Assembly: GCF_036321535.1 (NCBI RefSeq)
Contig: NC_087437.1
Coordinates: 30,010,001-30,074,000, forward strand
DNA: 64,000 bases
Direction: 5' to 3'
DNA from: Camelus dromedarius
Lineage: Eukaryota
The notes beneath the pieces are model-generated. The model was not told the DNA's origin. It made no database searches and worked only from the letters and a program-made list of their open reading frames with translations. Shown piece after piece: positions 53,524 to 64,000 of this stretch. Made by a program: the position numbers and the translations under genes. The stretch's first letter is position 1; every line of letters begins with the position of its first letter.

Positions 53524-53716
53524 GTTTTTTCCCGTCAGATGCCACCGTGTATTTGCTCTGCTTGCAGTTGATGATGCAGCCACAGGGCAAGTGTGTCCAG
53601 CGTTTGGACAAGACAAACACTGGAGTTACAGTGGTGGCCAGTAGGGTTAGGAGAAAGCTGAATGTCTCGAAGGGAAGGCTCTGAAACCCCAGGATGTGCT
53701 GGACCACCATGTGGAT
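53524..53716 (-). CDS. GPR149: GPR149 coding exon 2 (end of TM6, TM7, start of C-tail; 193 nt)
   Basis: Acceptor ttttgcAG|ATC. Encodes [51 protein letters not shown]...SDGKK. Phase-1 donor C|GTGAGT. Confidence 0.96.
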
Positions 53717-54339
53717 CTGCAAAAGTACAGAGCTTCAATCTTATCCCAAGACAACATTTTCCACTGTGCCAAGCCTTCCCCCAAGCATGCTGCCCACCTC
53801 CCTTCTCCACGCCCCTTTCCTGCCTGAGAGCCAGAAGCTCTGCTCCTGGACTGGCATTCCTGGTTTTGGTGGTGAACTACTGGGATCCCTTGGGAGGAAG
53901 CCCGCTGCTCCAGACTACTCAGGGCTTTGAGGGTTTCCACTCTTGAGTGCTTGGTCTGTGCCAGCTGCCAGCTCAAGTCTCCATCAAGGAAACATAGTTC
54001 ACAATGTGAGCAATGGTACCCCGGAAAACAGGCAAGAAATCTGCACTGGGCACTCCGGGTGGCCTTTGTCGTATCTTTGGCCCCTCACTTCAGCCAAGCC
54101 AAACTTGTCACAGCAGGGTGCCACCCATTTGCCTCTCAGCTGGGCTTCCTCCTGGAGGCTTGAAAAAAAGCCTGTTTTGTCCCCTCACCTCTCTCCCTGC
54201 TGGGGATAGGCGGCGTCCTTACGAGGCAGGAATGGAGCAGAGAGAAGGGCACGACAAGGTTGGGGAAAAACAAACCAGCCAACCTTCTTACTACCTCTCT
54301 TTCTGAATACTCCCAGACAGAACACCCTTGACCACGACA

Positions 54340-55270
54340 GATCTAGGAAAACGAAGTCTCCCTTACTTGAAAGCGCTCCCCGCCCTCCTCCCTAATTTTG
54401 AAACCATAAGTAAAGGCTTCACGGCTACTAGTCCAACCCGTGAACTGCCTTCCTCCAAGCGCTTCTCTAAAACCAAGCGAGACACATTTGGAAGCGGACT
54501 TAACTGCGCGTCTCTGGGTTACCCTCCAAACCGGAGATGCTGGTCCCCAAATGCACTCATACGTATGTCTTGCACACACACCCGCGCACCCGTGAGCAAC
54601 CGCAGTTTTACCATCATGGGCAGCCAAAGGATGACTTTTGTCAGAGCAAGGATCAAAGAGAAGCGCTTCTGCGCTACGCTCACGGTGAAGCTCCTGGTGC
54701 CATAGAGAGTCCCCCGTTTTTCACGCCTGCAGGCTCCAGCCACAGCGCCAGCACCGCTCCCGGGCTCCTGCCCCAGCCGGGTCCTCGCAGGCAGACCTGG
54801 TCCAAACACGGTGTCTGATGTCGGGGAGCATCCCCCAGAGCACCGCAGGGCGGGGCCCGGAGCGTCATCTAGGGACAGGGAAAGCACTCTTCCTCCAGTT
54901 GGAGGGGTCCCTGGAGTGGAAGCTGCACGGGAAATTTCCTGATAGTTGGCGTGAAGTCTCGGCGGCTCCTCCGAACACAGCAACTGGTGAGTGAGCGGGA
55001 CGGAGAGGCCGGCGAGGAGTCCGAAGGCCGAAGTGTACACAGCGAAGAGCAGCAGCACGTAGGAGCTGGAGCAGTCGGCCAGGCAGCCCCAGGGCGTGCG
55101 CACGAAGGCGCCCCAGCCGCACAGCGGGAGCGCGGAGAGCAGCAGACTGGCTGCCCACACTGTCAACGCCACGCCGAGCACCTGGCCGGATCTTCTGGAG
55201 GTTGCCTGGCTCCCTACAGCCCTGTGCATTGTGTAAAAGTTGTAGGAGACCACGAGAGTCGCCTTCAAGT
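54340..55270. promoter_or_regulatory. CpG island over the 3' half of exon 1 and start of intron 1
   Basis: Sharp local rise in GC and CpG (e.g. cccgcgcacccg, gcggggcccgg, ggccggcgagg) against an AT-rich, CpG-depleted background. Boundaries approximate. Confidence 0.8.
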
Positions 55271-55628
55271 TGCTCGAGAGGCCCTGGCATAAATATAGTA
55301 AGGCAGAGGTGGTGCACAGAGACTGGAAGTAGTCAGGGACCTCGTTTGGCCACTGCAAAAAGATGAAGATGGTCACCGACAAGACGCTCATGAGATCATC
55401 CCCGGACCAGGAAGCCACCAGCATGGACACAACAGTTCTGTTCTGCATTTTCAGTAGGGAAACTAGTGAATAAATGCTGCCGGCCAGGGCTGCAACAGTC
55501 ATTAAGCATGTCAGGCAAAAAAGATAGATATTCACGGTTCCTGGCGGATTTAAAAGGTCCGTCGAATTATGACTTTCTTTCCACAGGCTAGAGTCATTTG
55601 TTGATAAATTACTGAGAAATACAGACAT
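54612..55628 (-). CDS. GPR149: GPR149 coding exon 1 (N-terminus to TM6, 339 codons)
   Basis: [44 protein letters not shown]...VILWLPMM closely matches recalled human GPR149. ATG at 55628 has A at -3. Phase-0 donor ATG|GTAAAA, with GT at 54611-54610. Confidence 0.97.
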
Positions 55629-56350
55629 TGTCCTTGGTCAATATTTAATTTCTTTTTCAATGAATCTGTAAATATTCTCAAAATTAAGCATGGCTGTTAG
55701 TTGCAAATCAGATCTCATTTTCTCCTACCAAGTTTCCCTCAAGATGTTCCCCCATCAGTCCAGCAGAAAATGGTCAGACAAGTCTCCTTTAAATCAGACT
55801 CAACTCATATTTTAAAATTGGGTTCCACTTAGAGCATCAATAAGAAAGTTTTCAACATTCCAATTAAGAACAAACAAACAAAAACTTCCTCCTGAAACTA
55901 TCAAGTTTCAGGCATGAAAGCAAAAGCTGCTCAAGTAGATTGAAAAATAATGATGTCTGGGTCCTTTTGGGTCCTTCTAATGGAGCAAAGCGGCTGGTAG
56001 CTTGAAGTAATCAAACTCTGTTCAATTTTTAAGAGCAGTAAAATGATGCATTTGGTTCCAGAGCTGAATTCAAAGGCAGAGAAATTATCAGGTAGTCTTC
56101 AGCTTTGCCGGATCAGAGAGAGAGAGAGAATGAAAGAGAGAGGGAGAGAGAGACAGACACTGAGCACAGCTCCCCATCTGAACTGCTGTGTTCTTCAATC
56201 AGCCTGTGATCCTCTGAGCTGCAGGAAGGAGGAGTCAGCTCCAAGCAGGAGAGGAGCAGGAACAAAAGGGAGGGGAGTTCAGTGTATGAGCGAAATGATG
56301 TATTTCTTCTCAGCCTGCCTTATTCGAAGCAAGAGACAATGTCTTTGCTA
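55629..56350 (-). promoter_or_regulatory. GPR149: Putative GPR149 5' leader and proximal promoter
   Basis: No recognisable transposon directly upstream of the ATG. Contains a CT-dinucleotide tract (56115-56155) and several uORFs. The TSS cannot be fixed from sequence alone. Confidence 0.55.
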
Positions 56351-57946
56351 AGCCTTCCCCTTTGGTTTTGACATATAAAACTAGCCCAGATACTTGCCCA
56401 GGCTTGATGTGAATGATAATTAGCATCTTCAAGAGGTCCACTCTTCTCCACTAACGGGCTGTTTTTATTCTTATCTAGACCTCTCTGATTCATAATCCAT
56501 TGGAGGAAGAATATTACCAATGCCATTTTTAAGTGAATAGGAGGTACCAGCTTTGTTTTTTAAAATACATGTTGTACTTAATAATAAGAATGTTATTATG
56601 GTCCTCATTACACTAAACAAGATTTTGCAGAATCTTTGGGTGGAGCCACTCTAGCTTTAGGTAGGTAGCTATTTTCTGTTGATGTCATAAAGTAAGCAAG
56701 CTGCCATTCGAATAAATAATATTTCTAGTTGTTAAAGTCAGATGACATTATATAGGGTTACCTCACCAAAAAAAAAAACATTTTTAGCTAGAGTACTTGG
56801 GTATTTTGTACGATGATTTAATCCCTGAACTCATTTTAAGAATTGTCAGTTTGGCTTAGCAAAGAAGTAACTGACATCAGTAGTCCAGGTCTAGCATTTC
56901 CCAGGATGCTTTAGGGCAGTATTCCTCCTCAGCTCAGCTTCATGACCTGAGGGCCTCTCCACACACAGTCCTGGGTCTGAAGGAAAGCAGCGGAAGGGAA
57001 AGAAGAAAGCTCACATGGTAATGATCTAAATGCATGGAACAGAATTCTAATCATTCCTTTCATTTTAGAGATAACCGAGGCTACATTTTGAACCTTAATC
57101 TGTTCAAGTAGAAAGTGATTGTATTAGTCACTGCCAGCCATACCCTTCAATAAACACAGGAGGCGCTTCACTGATCTTGACATGTTTGATTTCCCTTTCA
57201 CTCAGCAAATGGAAACAAAAGCACCTGTGACACCTAACTCAGCACTCTAGCTCTCCCTACAGATAATGACAGACCTTGCAGAGTAGTGTAAGAAGGGTCT
57301 GGGTTAATTCTTCAGTATGGTATTTAATCCTGGATTTTCAATTAGGTGGGACAATAACTATCACATTGTTAAAATACAATGAATAGAACTTAATAATAGC
57401 TATTGCAGTACTATTTGAGGTCTGGGGACATTCCTTCAAGGATTATCATAGTTTCTGGGTTTTCCATTAAATATAAATTTGGAAAAGGGACAGGATACCT
57501 AACCACAGTCCCTAGGATATGACAGAAGAGGCAAGGGTGTTAGCACATTTCCAAAGGTTGTTGGTACAATTACAGCCAGTAGAGAACTAGGAGAGAAATC
57601 TGAATTTTACTTCAGACTCTGCTATTCCTGGCTATGTATCCTTGGACAAAAATTTTTATACTTTCTCTGGGTGTCTGTTTCCATATCTGTAAAACAAGGG
57701 GGCTTGACTAGATTAGTTTTAGGCCCTTTCAAGTTCTAAAATTGGATGATACAATTTTTAAATTGTTCATGTTAACTTTGTATTAATTTTCTTTTCTGCC
57801 TACTTCAAAATAATCAATATTGTCATCAAATAAAAAGTGGAGGTTGTAGGAGCTGATGCTTGGATTCTTCAGGCTTTCTCTTTCCCTGCTCTGATGGTAT
57901 GAAGGTCCTTATCAATATGAAGATGGTATAAGATTCAAGCAGCCTG

Positions 57947-58679
57947 TGGTGGGAATGTAGTTTGGTGCAGCCATTATGGAAAACAGTATGGAGACTCCTC
58001 AAAAAAATAAAAATAGACTTACCATATGATCCATCAATCCCACTCCTGGGTATACATCCAGAGGAAACTCTAATTTGAAAAGATACATGTACCCCAATGT
58101 TCATAGCAGCACTATATACAATAGCCAAGACATGGAAGCAACCTAAATGTCCATCAACAGATGACTGGATAAAGAAGTTGTGGTATATTTATACAATGGA
58201 ATATTATCCAGCTATTAAAAAAAGAATAAAATAATGCCATTTGCAGCAGCATGGATAGACCTAGAGATCATCATTCTAAGTGAAGTAAGCCAGAAAGAGA
58301 AAGAAAAGTAACATATGACATCACTCATGTGTGGAATCTAAAAAAAAAAAGAAAAAAAAGGACACTATGAACTCATCTACAAAACAGAAACAGACTTGCA
58401 GACATAGAAACAATCTTATGGTTATGGGGGAAAGGGGATGGGAAGGGATAAATTTGGGAGTTTGAGATTTACAAGTGTCAGCCACTATATATAAAAATAG
58501 ATTTAAAAAACAACAAATTTCTTCTGTATAGCACAGGGAACTATATTCAATATTTTGTAATAACCTTTAATGAAAAATAATATTAAAATGAATATATGTA
58601 TGTATATGCATGACTAGGATATTGTGCTCTACACCAGAAATTGACACATTGTAACTGAATGTACTTCAATTAAAAAAAA
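57947..58679 (+). mobile_element. Camelid-type L1 3' end upstream of GPR149
   Basis: ORF2 C-terminus, 3' UTR and poly-A. 17-bp TSD aag(a/g)ttcaagcagcctg at 57930-57946 and 58680-58696. Confidence 0.93.
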
Positions 58680-59911
58680 AAGGTTCAAGCAGCCTGGAAT
58701 GTTGGGCCAACGGAAGGATCATGGCTGCCCTGGAGGTCTGTGGGAACCTAGAGTAAGCTTTGTATGAATAAGAAGTAAGGTTTGTCATGTAAGTCACTAG
58801 TTTTGGGGGTTGATTGTTCTTAGATGGTAGTCTTAATATGGTTAGGTATACCATTGCTCCCACACAGTTAATAAGTGGTAAGGCCAGTTTTTAAAATTGT
58901 GGCCTGGCTCTGCAATCTTAATTACAACATATACACAGTTTCTAATAATTCTCTCTTAGCACTGCTTGGGAACACTCCCAATGGATGCGATAATTATACA
59001 GTTTTGTTTTTGTTTTCTTTCTCAGCAAGCATGTTCGAAACGTATCATTGTCTAAGTTTTAATTTATAAACAAAGTTTTACCAAGCTTTATGTTTTATAA
59101 TACATATATATAATGTATATATACACATAATACATATATATTATAGATATGAGTTTCTTGAAAGTTTTAAGCCTCCCCCTTAGCCATAATCTCATTTTCT
59201 TTACAATATCCTCCTAAGCATGAGAAAAAAAATCACTCTAAATGCCTTTCAAATAACCAGGAGGCCAGGAAGAAAGATTTCTAAGCCCTTTTGTATCTTA
59301 AATTTACCCAGTTCTTGTGAGTGAAACTTGTTCCTCTGTCTCACTTATCATAAAGCTCTGTATCTTCAATTATTTAAAATTCCATCTTCAAATTACTTAA
59401 TACTGAAAATTTACATTGATTTAAATTGAAATTATGATTATCAGAACAGTTTAGGCGAAGATTTATTTACTGTTTTCCCACAGCTGTTTTGGTTACTTTA
59501 AAACATATACCAAATAAAGTATTATACATTATGAAACAAACTAGAGAGAATTACATCGCAAAAATTTCATCAGGCTTTTATGAAGTCCTTGATGTAATTA
59601 TACCTTTGCAAAGCACTGTAGGCATTTTTCTAAAAGTGTATATTATATCTGAAAATCCTCAAAAAGTAGGAAACGGCATAAAAAATTCTGGTTGAATATG
59701 GTAAAATAACGTCCTTAGCAATATGGATAATTGGCAATAATCATCTGGCATGGAACACTGGCATGGAAACATTCAGTTTTGTTTTATAAAAAAATTTTTA
59801 AAAGCATCAAAGATAAAGTTACTCATGAAGCTGTAATATTTCCCTGCTTCTAAAAATATAGGGTGCAGCTAAAACACTTTAAAGAACTGGCCCAGCTTAA
59901 GACTCTTACTA

Positions 59912-62132
59912 TTCCGTAGGTTGTCTTCTTGTTTTACTTATGGTTTCCTTTGCTGTGCAGAAGCTTGTAAGTTTCATTAGGTCCCATTTGTTTATTCTTG
60001 CTTTTATTTCTTCTAGGAGAAAATTTTTGAAATGTATGTCAGATAATGTTTTGCCTATGTTTTCCTCTAGGAGGTTTATTGTATCTTGTCTTATGTTTAA
60101 GTCTTTGATCCATTTTGAGTTGATTTTTGTGTATGGTGTAAGGGAGTGTTCTAGCTTCACTGCTTTACATGCTGCTGTCCAGTTTTCCCAACACCATTTG
60201 CTGAAGAGACTGTCTTTATTCCAATGTATATTCTTGCCTCCTTTGTCAAAGATTAGTTGACCAAAGTTTGTGGGTTCATTTCTGGGCTCTCTATTCTGTT
60301 CCATTGGTCTATATGTCTGTTTTTGTACCAATACCATGCTGTCTTGAAGACTGTAGCTCTATAGTATTGTCTGAAGTCTGGGAGAGTTATTCCTCCAGCC
60401 TCTTTCTTTCTCTTCAGTAATGCTTTGGCAATTCTAGGTCTTTGAATGGTTCCATATAAATTTTATTATGATTTGTTCTAGTTCTGTGAAATATGTCCTG
60501 GGTAATTTGATAGGGATTGCATTAAATCTGTAGATTGCCTTGGGCAGTGTGACCATTTTAACAATATTGATTCTTCCAATCCAAGAGCATGGGATATCTT
60601 TCCATTTTTTAAAGTCTTCTTTAATTTCCCTCATCAATGGTTTATAGTTTTCTGTGTATAATTCTTTCACCTCCTTGGTTAGATTTATTCCCAGATATTT
60701 TATGACTTTGGGTGCTATTTTAAAGGGGATTGTTTCTTTATTTTCTTTTTCTGTTGATTCATCGTTAGTGTAAAGAAATGCAACTGATTTTTGAACGTTA
60801 ATTTTGTAACCTGCTACCTTGCTGAATTCTTCAATCAGCTCTAGTAGTTTCTGTGTGGACCTTTTAGGGTTTTCTATATATAGTAACATGTCATCGGCAT
60901 ATAGTGACACTTTTACCTCTTCTTTTCCAATTTGGATCCCTTTTATTTCTCTCTCTTGCCTGATTGCTGTGGCTAGGACTTCCAGGACTATGTTGAATAG
61001 GAGTGGTGATAGTGGGCATCCTTGTCTTGTCCCAGATTTTAGTGGGAAGGAAGCCATAAGTAAAACAAGAAGACAACCTACGCAATGGGAGAAAATTTTT
61101 GCAAATGAAACCGACAAAGGCTTGATCTCCAGAATATATAAGCAGCTCATATGACTCAATAAGAAAAAAATAAACAACCCAATCCAAAAATGGGCAGAAG
61201 ACCTAAACAAGCAATTCTCCAAGGAAGACATACAAATGATCAAAAGGCACATGAAAAAATGCTCAATATCACTAATTATCAGAGAAATGCAAATCAAAAC
61301 TACAATGAGGTATCACCTCACACCAGTCAGAATGGCCGTCATTCAAAAATCCACAAATGACAAATGCTGGAGAGGCTGTGGAGAAAAGGGAACCCTCCTA
61401 CACTGCTGGTAGGAATGTAGTTTGGTGCAGCCACTATGGAAAACAGTGTGGAGATTCCTCAAAAGACTAGGAATAGACTTACCGTATGACCCAGGAATCC
61501 CACTCCTGGGCTTGTATCCAGAAGGAACCCTACTTCAGGATGACACCTGCACCCCAATGTTCATAGCAGCACTATTTACAATAGCCAAAACATGGAAACA
61601 GCCTAAATGTCCATCAACAGGTGACTGGATAAAGAAGGTGTGGAATATTTATACCATGGAATACTACTCAGCCATAAAAACCGACAACATTATGCCATTT
61701 GCAGCAACATGAATGCTCCTGGAGAATGTCATTCTAAGTGAAGTAAGCCAGAAAGAGAAAGAAAAATACCGTATGAGATCGCTCATTATGTGGAATCTAA
61801 AAAACAAAAACAAAAACAAACAAACAAACAAAAACAAAGTGTAAATACAGGACAGAAATAGACTCATAGACAGAGAATACAGACTTGTGGTTGCCAGGGG
61901 GGGCGGAGGGTGGGAAGGGATAGACTGGGATTTCAAAATTGTAGAATAGATAAACAAGATTATACTGTATAGCACAGGGAAATATACACAAAATGTTATG
62001 GTAGCTCACAGAGAAAAAAATGTGACAATGAGTATGTATATGTCCACGTATGACTGCAAAATTGTGCTGAACACTGGAATTTGACACAACATTGTAAAAT
62101 GATTATAAATCAATAAAAAATTGTTAAAAAAA
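59912..62132 (+). mobile_element. Young 5'-truncated, 5'-inverted (twin-primed) L1
   Basis: 59912-61048 is ORF2 RT on the minus strand ([18 protein letters not shown]...YADD...). 61047-62132 is ORF2 C-terminus, 3' UTR and poly-A on plus. Perfect TSD AAGACTCTTACTA at 59899-59911 and 62133-62145. Confidence 0.96.
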
Positions 62133-62466
62133 AAGACTCTTACTAATTTATCATCAAAGCTCAAGGTTCACTTTAAGTACCAAAACTTCACCAATCATTT
62201 TCTCAAAGATGATTACTCTTTCCAGTCCTCTGAAAAATGAATGCCACTCATTTCTCTAGGAGTGGCTTCTCTCTTTGCTCAGTGCTATGGCTTGGCTCTC
62301 TAATCTGAACTCTCTGTCCTATAGGAGTATCATTGCCTTGCCTTGAGGTGATTTCTGGAGCATAGTGATGGGGAATATGCTTTATCTCATGTCTTTTGAC
62401 AGGAAGGGTAGTTTCCTTATTATTCACTAAGTAAAACAATAACTGAAAGATTCCTTGGTTTATTTT

Positions 62467-62652
62467 AGCAGTTGGCAGACTATGGTCTGATTTTGTAAAT
62501 AAAATTTTATTGGAACATAGCCATACCCATTTAAGTTTTTTTTATGGCTGCTTTCAAGCTACAACAACAGAGTTGAGCCCTGAGTAGTTGTGACAGAGAC
62601 TGCCAAAAATATTTACTATCCAGCACTTTACAGAAAAAAATTGTTGATCCTT
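62467..62652. mobile_element. MER58A-type hAT-Charlie element
   Basis: ttttgtaaataaaattttattggaacatagccat...gagtagttgtgacagagac...atatttactatccagcactttacagaaaaa. Confidence 0.82.
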
Positions 62653-64000
62653 GGTTTATCTAAAACAGGAGCATTTCAATGCAAGGTAACTTTGGTAGAA
62701 TGTTTGGGTCATTTGTGAGATTTAGACAAATCCATATCTTATGTATTCCAACATATATATATATATGTATATAATATATAATACATTTTATATTTATATG
62801 TAAATTATATAATTAACAATAATATAAATAACAACAATAATAACAAGAGCTAACACATATTTAGTTCTTATAATGTGTTGGACAGTTTTCTAAGTTATCT
62901 ATATGTATTAACTAATTTAATTTCACAATTCTATGATGCAAGTATTAGTTTTAGTCTCATTTTTCAAACAAAGGAACTGTGGCACAGAGAGTAAATAACC
63001 CACCCACCTAAAATTTCATTGCCTGTAAAGAAGAGGTTAGGATTTGAACCCAGGTTATTCCAAGACACAACAATGGCTTATAGAGGCAAGATGGTAGTGG
63101 CTTATTTTTCTGCCCTATTCTCTACATTTCTTGCCTTTGCAAACATCCTGTGAGCTTTAATAAATCAGAGGAATTGCTGGGGAAGAGAACTTCTCAGGGC
63201 AATACAAATTTCTGAGGTTCTAACTCAGTAATAGAATGATGCAGATGGCCGCCTATTCTTTCTTTTCATTTAGTATCATTGAGCTCCAAGGGTTTTAAAG
63301 AAATTATCTCAGTAGATCTTACTTCCCTAAGGAGAAGTGAAGTTTTTCCAAACTCAGCTGAGAAGTGCGAGCATAAAAGCAAAATCACTTGTCCAAGACG
63401 ATGCTGTAATTGAGTGACTGAGGTGGAAATTAAATCGACCTTCCTCCTTTTTCTCATTTATTGTCTACTCACTAGGGCAGCAATGTCTTTGGGCTATGTA
63501 GTGAGAAATACCCCAGAGTATCTGAAATGAAAAGGTTATATGTTTATAAAGAGATTTTAAAATCTTGCATGAAAGAGAGACCTGATAGAAACAGGAGTCC
63601 TGCAGAGGTGAAAAGTGGTATCGACCCTCTGGTCACTGTGGTGAAGTTGCAATCTGACAACCTGAATGATTTCTAACTCTCATCAGGCTTGCTTTGATTC
63701 CTTCAACAAGCCACTCAGTCTCGCCTATGGCTCAGTTCCTGTATCTTCATAGACAGGAAAACAATACTTATTATGAAGAAATTTAAAGGCTCATATGAAA
63801 AGCATCATAAAAGTTTAGAATAAATAATGATGAGTTTCTGGTATACTTTTCTCCACAACTGGCAATTTCTTTTGAACTGAAACACCGCCCCATCACCAGC
63901 TCTGGGTTCTCTGGTAGACGACAATAAAGGGGAAGGAGGTGTGGTGAGGCATTTATCTCCTTCCTTTCCTTCCATGTCCCATGCATATCAGAACCACAGA

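Noticed and set aside
54519..54611. C-terminal 30 aa of the 369-aa ORF
   Set aside because: Read-through into intron 1. GPR149 similarity stops at LPMM and resumes in exon 2.
53363..55317. Cluster of overlapping antisense and alternative-frame ORFs
   Set aside because: Expected in GC-rich sequence with few stop codons. No recognisable protein features.
60434..61297. 287-aa ORF with RT motifs as a novel reverse transcriptase gene
   Set aside because: Chance fusion across the L1 inversion junction: antisense L1 plus a partial ORF2 RT. It starts at TTG, is 5'-truncated and ends at a frameshift.
1..64000. Prokaryotic-type systems (CRISPR arrays, operons, defence islands) or a second host gene
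   Set aside because: The sequence is clearly mammalian. I found no regularly spaced repeat-spacer array, no other spliceable coding exons and no processed pseudogene.

Overview
Mammalian genomic DNA, most likely a camelid (two tRNA-derived Vic-1-type SINEs and camelid/cetartiodactyl-type L1 3' ends). The only supportable protein-coding gene is the orphan class A GPCR GPR149 on the minus strand. Coding exons 1-3 are at 55628-54612, 53716-53524 and 48383-47926. All have GT-AG boundaries and compatible phases, giving 556 codons. The last coding exon is not in the window, so 1-47925 is most likely part of a very long intron 3. The rest is typical mammalian repeat landscape: old L1M, L2, L3/CR1, MIR, hAT and Tigger fossils, and about ten younger L1 insertions, most with recognisable TSDs. 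I see no evidence for a wholly new biological system. The best leads are a uORF-dense GPR149 leader (including an in-frame uORF stopping 9 nt before the main AUG), an apparent 12-aa ICL3 expansion, a young twin-primed L1 with a duplicated 40-bp segment, a chimeric L1 3' end, a 578-nt pure-purine tract and a near-perfect intronic palindrome. Repeat family names and human comparisons come from recall of consensus and protein sequences, not from searches.
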